Assembly: GCF_009914755.1 (NCBI RefSeq)
Contig: NC_060934.1
DNA: 64,000 bases
Source: the human T2T-CHM13v2.0 reference genome, Homo sapiens
Strand: one strand, 5' to 3'
Shown here: positions 1-12,100 of the stretch, in pieces
How positions within the stretch are numbered: position 1 is the stretch's first letter
Layout of the letters: each line of letters starts with the position of its first letter
The notes under the pieces: model-generated
Told to the model about the DNA's origin: nothing
Seen by the model: only the letters and a program-made list of their open reading frames with translations
The model's database searches: none
Translations under genes and position numbers: made by a program

Positions 1-272
1 TGTGTATTCATCTCACAGGGTTGGACCTTTCTTTACAGAGAGCAGATTTGAAACATTCTTTCCGTGGAATTTGCTAGTGCAGATTTCAAACGCTTCGAGG
101 ACAATGGTAGAAAAGGATATATCTTCGTATTAGAACGAGAGAAAATCATTCTCAGAAAACACTTTGTAATGTGTGCGTTCAACTCACAGAGTTTAAACTT
201 TCTTTTAATCGAGCAGTTTGGAAACACTCTCTTTGTAATGTCTGCAAGTGGTTAATTGGCCCTCTTTGAGCC

Positions 273-289
273 CTTCTTTGGAAACGAGA
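273..289 (+). promoter_or_regulatory. Degenerate CENP-B box, monomer m2 (broken in all copies examined)
   Basis: CTTCTTTGGAAACGAGA has two core positions changed and is predicted non-binding. Confidence 0.85.
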
Positions 290-612
290 TTTCCTCATAT
301 AATGCTAGACAGAAGAATTCTCAGTAACTTTTTTGTGTTGTTTGTATTCAACTCACGGATTTGAACCTTCCTTTAGAGAGAGCAGATTTGAAACACTCTT
401 TTTTTGGAATTTGCAAGTGCAGACTTCAAGCGCTTCTGGGCCTATGGCAGAAAAGGAAATATCTTCGTATAAAAACTACACAGAATCATTCTCAAGAACC
501 ACTTTGTGATGTGTGCGTTCAACTCACAGATTTTAACCTTTCTTTTAATCGAGCAGTTTGGAAACACTCTGTTTGTAATGTCTGCAAGTGCATATTTGGA
601 CTTCTTTGAGGC

Positions 613-629
613 CTTCGTTGGAAACGGGA
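613..629 (+). promoter_or_regulatory. CENP-B box (canonical), monomer m4
   Basis: CTTCGTTGGAAACGGGA matches the 17-bp CENP-B box with all 9 core positions (NTTCGNNNNANNCGGGN). Confidence 0.95.
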
Positions 630-951
630 TTTCTTCATATAATGCTACACAGAAGAATTCTCAGTCACCTCTTTGTGTTGTGTGTATTGATCTCACAGAT
701 TTGAACCTTCCTTTAGACAGAGCAGTTTTGAAAAACTCTTTCTGTGGAATTTGCAAGTGGAGATTTCAAGTGATTTGAGGCCAATCTTTGAAATGGAAAT
801 ATCTTCGTGTAAAATTAGACAGAATCATTGTCAGAAATTACTTTGTGATGTGTGCGTTCAGCTCACAGAGTTTCACCTTTCTTTTCATAGAGCAGTTTGG
901 AAAGACTCTGTTTGTAATGTCTGCTAGTGAATACTTGGACCCCTTTGAGGC

Positions 952-968
952 CTTCTTTGGAAGTGGAA
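952..968 (+). promoter_or_regulatory. Degenerate CENP-B box, monomer m6
   Basis: CTTCTTTGGAAGTGGAA here. Elsewhere it reads CTTCGTTGGAAGCGGAA, CTTCGTTAGAAGCGGAA or CTTCGTTGGAAGAGGAA. All versions lack the last core G. Confidence 0.82.
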
Positions 969-1290
969 TTTTTTCATATACTGCTAGACAGAAGAATTCT
1001 CATTAAATCTTTGTGCTGTGTGTATTCAACACACAGAGTTGAACAATCCTTTATCCTGAGCAGTTTTGAAACACTCTTTGTGTGGAATTTGCAAGTGGAG
1101 AATTCAAGAGATTTGAGGCCAATCTTAGACATGGAAATATCTTCGTAGTAAAACTACACAGAGTCATTCGCAGAAACTAGTTTCTGATGTGTGCCTTCAA
1201 CTCACAGAGTTTAACCTTTCTTTTAATAGAGCAGTTTGGAAACACTCTATTTGTAAAGTCTGCAAGTGGATATTTGGACCTCTCTGAGGC

Positions 1291-1307
1291 CTTCGTTGGA
1301 AACGGGA
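1291..1307 (+). promoter_or_regulatory. CENP-B box (canonical), monomer m8; core intact in nearly every HOR of the window
   Basis: CTTCGTTGGAAACGGGA. The same position is also intact at, for example, 39991-40007 and 42707-42723. Confidence 0.95.
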
Positions 1308-1421
1308 TTTCTTCATATAACGCTAGACAGAAGAATTCTGAGTAACTTCTTTGTGTTGTGTGTATTCAACTCACAGGTTTGAACCTTTCTTTACAGAGAG
1401 CAGATTTGAAACATTCTTTCT

Positions 1422-3119
1422 GTGGAATTTGCTAGTGCAGATTTCAAACGCTTCGAGGACAATGGTAGAAAAGGATATATCTTCGTATTAGAACGAGAGA
1501 AAATCATTCTCAGAAAACAGTTTGTAATGTGTGCGTTCAAGTCACAGAGTTTAACCTTTCTTTTAACTGAGCAGTTTGGAAACACTCTCTTTGTAATGTC
1601 TGCAAGTGGTTAATTGGCCCTCTTTGAGCCCTCCTTTGGAAATGAGATTTCCTCATATAATGCTAGACAGAAGAATTCTCAGTAACTTCTTTGTGTTGTT
1701 TGTATTCAACTCACGGATTTGAACCTTCCTTTAGAGAGAGCAGATTTGAAACACTCTTTTTTTGGAATTTGCAAGTGCAGACTTCAAGCGCTTCTGGGCC
1801 TATGGCAGAAAAGGAAATATCTTCGCATAAAAACTACACAGAATCATTCTCAAGAACCACTTTGTGATGTGTGCGTTCAACTCACACATTTTAACCTTTC
1901 TTTTAATCGAGCAGTTGGGAAACACTCTGTTTGTAAAGTCTGCAAGTGCATATTTGGACTTCTTTGAGGCCTTCGTTGGAAACGGGATTTCTTCATATAC
2001 TGCTAGACAGAAGAATTCTCAGTCACTTCTTTGTGTTGTGTGCATTCAAGTCACAGAGTTGAACCTTCATTTAGACAGAGCAGTTTTGAAAAACTCTTTC
2101 TGTGGAATTTGGAAGTGGAGATTACATGCGATTTAAGGCCAATCTTTGAAATGGAAATATCTCCGTGTAAAAACTAGACAGAATCATTCTCAGAAACTAC
2201 TTTGTGATGTGTGCGTTCAACTCACAGGATTTAACCTTTCTTTTCATAGAGCAGTTTGGAAACACTCTGGTTGTAAAGTCTGCAAGTGCATATTTGGACT
2301 TCTTTGAGGCCTTCGTTGGAAACGGGATTTCTTCATATAATGCTAGACAGAAGAATTCTCAGTCACCTCTTTGTGTTGTGTGTATTGATCTCACAGATTT
2401 GAACCTTCCTTTAGACAGAGCAGTTTTGAAAAACTCTTTCTGTGGAATTTGCAAGTGGAGATTTCAAGTGATTTGAGGCCAATCTTTGAAATGGAAATAT
2501 CTTCGTGTAAAATTAGACAGAATCATTGTCAGAAATTACTTTGTGATGTGTGCGTTCAGCTCACAGAGTTTCACCTTTCTTTTCATAGAGCAGTTTGGAA
2601 AGACTCTGTTTGTAATGTCTGCTAGTGAATACTTGGACCCCTTTGAGGCCTTCTTTGGAAGTGGAATTTTTTCATATACTGCTAGACAGAAGAATTCTCA
2701 TTAAATCTTTGTGCTGTGTGTATTCAACACACAGAGTTGAACAATCCTTTATCCTGAGCAGTTTTGAAACACTCTTTGTGTGGAATTTGCAAGTGGAGAA
2801 TTCAAGAGATTTGAGGCCAATCTTAGACATGGAAATATCTTCGTAGTAAAACTACACAGAGTCATTCGCAGAAACTAGTTTCTGATGTGTGCCTTCAACT
2901 CACAGAGTTTAACCTTTCTTTTAATAGAGCAGTTTGGAAACACTCTATTTGTAAAGTCTGCAAGTGGATATTTGGACCTCTCTGAGGCCTTCGTTGGAAA
3001 CGGGATTTCTTCATATAACGCTAGACAGAAGAATTCTGAGTAACTTCTTTGTGTTGTGTGTATTCAACTCACAGGTTTGAACCTTTCTTTACAGAGAGCA
3101 GATTTGAAACATTCTTTCT
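1422..3119 (+). repeat. Representative 10-mer HOR variant (1698 bp; 8-mer plus one extra dimer)
   Basis: Extra dimer at ~2010-2350, marked by GGAGATTACATGCGATTTAAGG and CACTCTGGTTG. Other 10-mers start at 3120, 4817, 7870, 9568, 11265, 12962, 16015, 17713, 19411, 22467, 27560, 30615, 33671, 44872 and 54036. Confidence 0.92.
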
Positions 3120-6100
3120 GTGGAATTTGCTAGTGCAGATTTCAAACGCTTCGAGGACAATGGTAGAAAAGGATATATCTTCGTATTAGAACGAGAGAAA
3201 ATCATTCTCAGAAAACAGTTTGTAATGTGTGCGTTCAAGTCACAGAGTTTAACCTTTCTTTTAACTGAGCAGTTTGGAAACACTCTCTTTGTAATGTCTG
3301 CAAGTGGTTAATTGGCCCTCTTTGAGCCCTCCTTTGGAAATGAGATTTCCTCATATAATGCTAGACAGAAGAATTCTCAGTAACTTCTTTGTGTTGTTTG
3401 TATTCAACTCACGGATTTGAACCTTCCTTTAGAGAGAGCAGATTTGAAACACTCTTTTTTTGGAATTTGCAAGTGCAGACTTCAAGCGCTTCTGGGCCTA
3501 TGGCAGAAAAGGAAATATCTTCGCATAAAAACTACACAGAATCATTCTCAAGAACCACTTTGTGATGTGTGCGTTCAACTCACACATTTTAACCTTTCTT
3601 TTAATCGAGCAGTTGGGAAACACTCTGTTTGTAAAGTCTGCAAGTGCATATTTGGACTTCTTTGAGGCCTTCGTTGGAAACGGGATTTCTTCATATACTG
3701 CTAGACAGAAGAATTCTCAGTCACTTCTTTGTGTTGTGTGCATTCAAGTCACAGATTTGAACCTTCCTTTAGACAGAGCAGTTTTGAAAAACTCTTTCTG
3801 TGGAATTTGGAAGTGGAGATTACATGCGATTTAAGGCCAATCTTTGAAATGGAAATATCTCCGTGTAAAAACTAGACAGAATCATTCTCAGAAACTACTT
3901 TGTGATGTGTGCGTTCAACTCACAGGATTTAACCTTTCTTTTCATAGAGCAGTTTGGAAACACTCTGGTTGTAAAGTCTGCAAGTGCATATTTGGACTTC
4001 TTTGAGGCCTTCGTTGGAAACGGGATTTCTTCATATAATGCTAGACAGAAGAATTCTCAGTCACCTCTTTGTGTTGTGTGTATTGATCTCACAGATTTGA
4101 ACCTTCCTTTAGACTGAGCAGTTTTGAAAAACTCTTTCTGTGGAATTTGCAAGTGGAGATTTCAAGTGATTTGAGGCCAATCTTTGAAATGGAAATATCT
4201 TCGTGTAAAATTAGACAGAATCATTGTCAGAAATTACTTTGTGATGTGTGCGTTCAGCTCACAGAGTTTCACGTTTCTTTTCACAGAGCAGTTTGGAAAG
4301 ACTCAGTTTGCAATGTCTGCTAGAGAATACTTGGACCCTTTGAGGCCTTCTTTGGAAGTGGAATTTTTTCATATACTGCTAGACAGAAGAATTCTCATTA
4401 AACCTTTGTGCTGTGTGTATTCAACACACAGAGTTGAACCATCCTTTATCCTGAGCAGTTTTGAAGCACTCTTTGTGTGGAATTTGCAAGTGGAGAATTC
4501 AAGCGATTTGAGGCCAATCTTAGACATGGAAATATCTTCGTAGTAAAACTACACAGAGTCATTCGCAGAAACTAGTTTCTGATGTGTGCCTTCAAGTCAC
4601 AGAGTTTAACCTTTCTTTTAATAGAGCAGTTTGGAAACACTCTATTTGTAAAGTCTGCAAGTGGATATTTGGACCTCTCTGAGGCCTTCGTTGGAAACGG
4701 GATTTCTTCATATAACGCTAGACAGAAGAATTCTCAGTAACTTCTTTGTGTTGTGTGTATTCAACTCACAGGTTTGAACCTTTCTTTACAGAGAGAAGAT
4801 TTGAAACATTCTTTCCGTGGAATTTGCTAGTGCAGATTTCAAACGCTTCGAGGACAATGGTAGAAAAGGATATATCTTCGTATTAGAACGAGAGAAAATC
4901 ATTCTCAGAAAACAGTTTGTAATGTGTGCGTTCAAGTCACAGAGTTTAACCTTTCTTTTAACTGAGCAGTTTGGAAACACTCTCTTTGTAATGTCTGCAA
5001 GTGGTTAATTGGCCCTCTTTGAGCCCTCCTTTGGAAACGAGATTTCCTCATATAATGCTAGACAGAAGAATTCTCAGTAACTTCTGTGTGTTGTTTGTAT
5101 TCAACTCACGGATTTGAACTTTCCTTTAGAGAGAGCAGATTTGAAACACTCTTTTTTTGGAATTTGCAAGTGCAGACTTCAAGCGCTTCTGGGCCTATGG
5201 CAGAAAACGAAATATCTTCGTATAAAAAATACACAGAATCATTCTCAAGAACCACTTTGTGATGTGTGCGTTCAACTCACACATTTTAACCTTTCTTTTA
5301 ATCGAGCAGTTTGGAAACACTCTGTTTGTAAAGTCTGCAAGTGCATATTTGTACTTCTTTGAGGCCTTCGTTTGAAACGGGATTTCTTCATATACTGCTA
5401 GACAGAAGAATTCTCAGTCACTTCTTTGTGTTGTGTGCATTCAAGTCACAGAGTTGAACCTTCATTTAGACAGAGCAGTTTTGAAAAACTCTTTCTGTGG
5501 AATTTGCAAGTGGAGATTACATGCGATTTAAGGCCAATTTTGGAATGGAAATATCTCCGTGTAAAAACTAGACAGAATCATTCTCAGAAACTACTTTGTG
5601 ATGTGTGCGTTCAACTCACAGGGTTTAACCTTTCTTTTCATAGAGCAGTTTGGAAACACTCTGGTTGTAAAGTCTGCAAGTGCATATTTGGACTTCTTTG
5701 AGGCCTTCGTTGGAAACGGGATTTCTTCATATAATGCCAGACAGAAGAATTCTCAGTCACCTCTTTGTGTTGTGTGTATTGATCTCACAGATTTGAACCT
5801 TCCTTTAGACAGAGCAGTTTTGGAAACTCTTTCTGTGGAATTTGCAGGTGGAGATTTCAAGTGATTTGAGGCCAATCTTTGAAATGGAAATATCTTCGTG
5901 TAAAATTAGGCAGAATCATTGTCAGAAACTACTTTGTGATGTGTGCGTTCAGCTCACAGAGTTTCACCTTTCTTTTCATAGAGCAGTTTGGAAAGACTCT
6001 GTCTGTAATGTCTGCTAGTGAATTTTTGGACCCCTTTGAGGCCTTCGTTGGAAGCGGAATTTTTTCATATACTGCTAGACAGAAGAATTCTCAGTAAATC

Positions 6101-9100
6101 TTTGTGCTGTGTGTATTCAACACACAGAGTTGAACCATCCTTTATCCTGAGCAGTTTTGAAACACTCTTTGTGTGGAATTTGCAAGTGGAGAATTCAAGC
6201 GATTTGAGGCCAATCTTAGACATGGAAATATCTTCGTAGTAAAACTACACAGAGTCATTCGCAGAAACTAGTTTCTGATGTGTGCCTTCAACTCACAGAG
6301 TTTAACCTTTCTTTTAATAGAGCAGTTTGGAAACACCCTATTTGTAAAGTCTGCAAGTGGATATTTGGACCTCTCTGAGGCCTTCGTTGGAAACGGGATT
6401 TCTTCATATAATGCTAGACAGAAGAATTCTCAGTAACTTCTTTCTGTTGTGTGTATTCAACTCACAGGGTTGAACCTTTCTTTACAGAGAGCAGATGTGA
6501 AACATTCTTTCCGTGGAATGCGCTAGTGCAGATTTCAAACGCTTCGAGGACAATGGTAGAAAAGGATATATCTTCGTATTAGAACGAGAGAAAATCATTC
6601 TCAGAAAACACTTTGTAATGTGTGAGTTCAAGTCACAGCGTTTAACCTTTCTTTTAACTGAGCAGTTTGGAAACACTCTCTTTGTAATGTCTGCAATTGG
6701 TTAATTGGCCCTCTTTGTGCCCTCCTTTGGAAACGAGATTTCCTCATATAATTCTAGACAGAAGAATTCTCAGTAACTTCTTTGTGTTGTTTGTATTCAA
6801 CTCACGGATTTGAACCTTCCTTTAGAGAGAGCAGATTTGAAACACTCTTTTTTTGGAATTTGCAAGTGCAGACTTCAAGCGCTTCTGGGCCTATGGCAGA
6901 AAAGGAAATATCTTCGTATAAAACCTACACAGAATCATTCTCAAGAACCACTTTGTGATGTGTGCGTTCAACTCACAGATTTTAACATTTCTTTTAATCG
7001 AGCAGTTGGGAAACACTCTGTTTGTAAAGTCTGCAAGTGCATATTTGGACTTCTTTGAGGCCTTCGTTGGAAACGGGATTTCTTCATATAATGCTAGACA
7101 GAAGAATTCTCAGTCACCTCTTTGTGTTGTGTGTATTGATCTCACATATTTGAACCTCCTTTAGACAGAGCAGTTTTGGAAAACTCTTTCTGTGAAATTT
7201 GCAAGTGGAGATTTCAAGTGATTTGAGGCCAATCTTTGAAATGGAAATATCTTCGTGTAAAATTAGACAGAATCATTGTCAGAAACTACTTTGTGATGTG
7301 TGCGTTCAGCTCACAGAGTTTCACCTTTCTTTTCATGGAGCAGTTTGGAAAGACTCTGTCTGTAACGTCTGCTAGTGAATACTTGGACCCCTTTGAGGCC
7401 TTCGTTGGAAGCGGAATTTTTTCATATACTGCTAGACAGAAGAATTCTCAGTAAATCTTTGTGCTGTGTGTATTCAACACACAGAGTTGAACCATCCTTT
7501 ATCCTGAGCAGTTTTGAAACACTCTTTGTGTGGAATTTGCAAGTGGAGAATTCAAGCGATTTGAGGCCAATCTTAGACATGGAAATATCTTCGTAGTAAA
7601 ACTACACAGAGTCATTCGCAGAAACTAGTTTCTGATGTGTGCCTTCAACTCACAGAGTGTAACCTTTCTTTTAATAGAGCAGTTTGGAAACTCTCCATTT
7701 GTAAAGTCTGAAAGTGGATATTTGGACCTCTCTGAGGCATTCGTTGGAAACGGGATTTCTTCATACAAGGCTAGACAGAAGAATTCTCAGTAACTTCTTT
7801 GTGTTGTGTGTATTCAACTCACAGGGTTGAACCTTTCTTTACAGAGAGCAGATTTGAAACATTCTTTCCGTGGAATTTGCTAGTGCAGATTTCAAACGCT
7901 TCGAGGAAAATGGTAGAAAAGGATATATCTTCGTATTAGAACGAGAGAAAATCATTCTCAGAAAACACTTTGTAATGTGTGCGTTCAACTCACAGAGTTT
8001 AAGCTTTCTTTTAATCGAGCAGTTTGGAAACACTCTCTTTGTAATGTCTGCAAGTGGTTAATTGGCCCTCTTTGAGCCCTTCTTTGGAAACGAGATTTCC
8101 TCAAATAATGCTAGACAGAAGAATTCTCAGTAACTTGTTTGTGTTGTTTGTATTCAACACACGGATTTGAACCTTCCTTTAGAGATAGCAGATTTGAAAC
8201 ACTCTTTTTTTGGAATTTGCAAGGGCAGATTTCAAGCGCTTCTGGGCCTATGGCAGAAAAGGAAATATCTTCGTATAAAAACTACACAGAATCATTCTTA
8301 GGAACTACTTTGTGATGTGTGCGTTCAACTGACAGATTTTAACCTTTCTTTTAATCGAGCAGTTTGGAAACACTCTGTTTGTAAAGTCTGAAAGTCCATA
8401 TTTGGACTTCTTTGAGGCCTTCGTTGGAACCGGGATTTCTTCATATACTGCTAGACAGAAGAATTCTCAGTCACTTCTTTGTGTTGTGTGTATTCAAGTC
8501 ACAGAGTTGAACCTTCATTTAGACAGAGCAGTTTTGAAAAACTCTTTCTGTGGAATTTGCAAGTGGAGATTACATGCGATTTAAGGCCAATCTTTGAAAT
8601 GGAAATATGTCCGTGTAAAAACTAGGCAGAATCATTCTCAGAAACTACTTTGTGATGTGTGCGTTCAAATCACAGTGTTTAACCTTTCTTTTCATAGAGC
8701 AGTTTGGAAACACTCTGGTTGTAAAGTCTGCAAGTGCATATTTGGACTTCTTTGAGGCCTTCGTTGGAAATGGGATTTCTTCATATAACGCTAGACAGAA
8801 GAATTCTCAGTCACCTCTTTGTGTTGTGTGTATTGATCTCACAGATTTGAAACTTCCTTTAGACACAGCAGTTTTGAAAAACTCTTTCTGTGGAATTTGC
8901 AAGTGGAGATTTCAAGTGATTTGAGGCCAGTCTTTGAAATGGAACTATCTTCGTGTAAAATTAGACAGAATCATTGTCAGAAACTACTTTGTTATGTGTG
9001 CGTTCAGCTCACAGAGTTTCACCTTTCTTTTCATAGAGCAGTTTGGAAAGACTCTGTCTGTAATGTCTGCTAGTGAATATTTGGACCCCTTTGAGGCCTT

Positions 9101-12100
9101 CGTTGGAAGCGGAATTTTTTCATATACTGCTAGACAGAAGAATTCTCAGTAAATCTTTGTGCTGTGTGTATTCAACACACAGAGTTGAACCATCCTTTAT
9201 CCTGAGCAGTTTTGAAACAGTCTTTGTGTAGAATTTGCAAGTGGAGAATTCAAGCGATTTGAGGCCAATCTTAGACATGGAAATATCTTCGTAGTAAAAC
9301 TACACAGAGTCATTCGCAGGAACTAGTTTCTGATGTGTGCCTTCAACTCACAGAGTTTAACCTTTCTTTTAATAGAGCAGTTTGGAAACTCTCCATTTAT
9401 AAAGTCTGCAAGTGGATATTTGGACCTCTCTGAGGCCTTCGTTGGAAACGGGATTTCTTCATATAACACTAGACAGAAGAATTCTCAGTAACTTCTTTGT
9501 GTTGTGTGTATTCAACTCACAGGGTGGAACCTTTCTTTACAGAGAGCAGATTTGAAACATTCTTTCCGTGGAATTTGCTAGTGCAGATTTCAAACGCTTC
9601 GAGGACAATTGTAGAAAAGGATATATCTTCGTATTAGAACGAGAGAAAATCATTCTCAGAAAACACGTTGTAATGTGTGCGTTCAACTCACAGAGTTTAA
9701 CCTTTCTTTTAATCGAGCAGTTTGCAAACACTCTCTTTGTAATGTCTGCAAGTGGTTAATTGGCCCTCTTTGAGCCCTTCTTTGGAAACGAGATTTCCTC
9801 ACATAAGGCTAGACAGAAGAATTCTCAGTAACTTCTTTGTGATGTTTTCTTCAACTCACGGGTTTGAACCTTCCTTTAGAGAGAGCAGATTTGAAACACT
9901 CTTTCTTTGGAATTTGCAAGGGCAGATTTCATGCGCTTCGAGGCCTATGGCAGAAAAGGAAATATCTTCGTATAAAAACTACACAGAATCATTCTCAAGA
10001 ACTACTTTGTGATGTGTGCGTTCAACTCACAGATTTTAACCTTTCTTTTAATCGAGCAGTTTGGAAACACTCTGTTTGTAAAGTCTGCAAGTGCATATTT
10101 GGACTTCTTTGAGGCCTTCGTTGGAACCGGGATTTCTTCATATACTGCTAGACAGAAGAATTCTCAGTCGTTTCTTTGTGTTGTGTGTATTCAAGACACA
10201 GAGTTGAATCTTCATTTAGACAGAGAAGTTTTGAAAAACTCTTTCTGTGGAATTTGCAAGTGGATATTACATGCGATTTAAGGCCAATCTTTGAAATGGA
10301 AATATCTCCGTGTAAAAACTAGACAGAATCATTCTCAGAAACTACTTTGTGATGTGTGCGTTCAACTCACAGGGTTTAACCTTTCTTTTCATAGAGCAGT
10401 TTGGAAACACTCTGGTTGTAAAGTCTGCAAGTGCATATTTGGACTTCTTTGAGGCCTTCGTTGGAAATGGGATTTCTTCATATAATGCCAAACGGAAGAA
10501 TTCTCAGTCACCTCTTTGTGTTGTGTGTATTGATCTCACAGATTTGAACCTTCCTTTAGACAGAGTAGTTTTGAAAAACTCTTTCTGTGGAATTCGCAAG
10601 TGGAGATTTCATGTGATTTGAGGCCAATCTTTGAAATGGAAATATCTTCGTGTAAAATTAGACAGAATCATTCTCAGAAACTACTTTGTGATGTGTGCGT
10701 TCAGCTCACAGAGTTTCACCTTTCTTTTCATAGAGCAGTTTGGAAAGACTCTGTCTGTAATGTCTGCTACTGAATACTTGGACCCCTTTGAGGTCTTCGT
10801 TGGAAGCGGAATTTTTTCATATACTGCTGGACAGAATAATTCTCAGTAAATCTTTGTGCTGTGTGTATTCAACACACAGAGTTGAACCTTCCTTTATCCA
10901 GAGCAGTTTTGAAACACTCTTTCTGTGGAATTTGCAAGTGGAGATTTCAAGCGATTTGACGCCTATCTTAGTCATGGAAATATCTTCGTAGTAAAACTAC
11001 ACAGAGTCATTCACAGAAACTAGTTTCAGATGTGTGCCTTCAACTCACAGAATTTAACCTTTCTTTTAATAGAGCAGTTTGGAAACATTCCATTTGTAAA
11101 GTCTGCAAGTGGATATTTGGACCTCTCTGAGTCCTTCGTTGGAAACGGGATTTCTTCATATAACGCTAGACAGAAGAATTCTCAGTAACTTCTTTGTGTT
11201 GTGTGTATTCAACTCACAGGGTTGAACCTTTCTTTACAGAGAGCAGATTTGAAACATTCTTTCTGTGGAATTTGCTAGTGCAGATTTCAAACGCTTCGAG
11301 GACAATGGTAGAAAAGGATATATCTTCGTATTAGAACGAGAGAAAATCATTCTCAGAAAACAGTTTGTAATGTGTGCGTTCAAGTCACAGAGTTTAACCT
11401 TTCTTTTAACTGAGCAGTTTGGAAACACTCTCTTTGTAATGTCTGCAAGTGGTTAATTGGCCCTCTTTGAGCCCTCCTTTGGAAATGAGATTTCCTCATA
11501 TAATGCTAGACAGAAGAATTCTCAGTAACTTCTTTGTGTTGTTTGTATTCAACTCACGGATTTGAACCTTCCTTTAGAGAGAGCAGATTTGAAACACTCT
11601 TTTTTTGGAATTTGCAAGTGCAGACTTCAAGCGCTTCTGGGCCTATGGCAGAAAAGGAAATATCTTCGCATAAAAACTACACAGAATCATTCTCAAGAAC
11701 CACTTTGTGATGTGTGCGTTCAACTCACACATTTTAACCTTTCTTTTAATCGAGCAGTTGGGAAACACTCTGTTTGTAAAGTCTGCAAGTGCATATTTGG
11801 ACTTCTTTGAGGCCTTCGTTGGAAACGGGATTTCTTCATATACTGCTAGACAGAAGAATTCTCAGTCACTTCTTTGTGTTGTGTGCATTCAAGTTACAGA
11901 GTTGAACCTTCATTTAGACAGAGCAGTTTTGAAAAACTCTTTCTGTGGAATTTGGAAGTGGAGATTACATGCGATTTAAGGCCAATCTTTGAAATGGAAA
12001 TATCTCCGTGTAAAAACTAGACAGAATCATTCTCAGAAACTACTTTGTGATGTGTGCGTTCAACTCACAGGATTTAACCTTTCTTTTCATAGAGCAGTTT

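Larger units (their letters stand above)
64..1421 (+). repeat. Representative 8-mer HOR unit (1358 bp; m1-m8)
   Basis: Anchor-to-anchor distance is 1358 bp = four distinguishable dimers. Other 8-mers start at 6513, 14658, 21108, 24165, 29257, 32313, 35369, 38764, 40122, 41480, 46570, 47928, 49286, 50644, 55734, 57092, 58450 and 59808. Confidence 0.93.

Noticed and set aside
361-609. Cys-rich peptide (CxxC-like: CDVC, CKVCKC) suggesting a zinc finger
   Set aside because: The cysteines come from TGTG-rich alphoid motifs. There is no gene context, and stop codons occur in some copies (e.g. ~51001).
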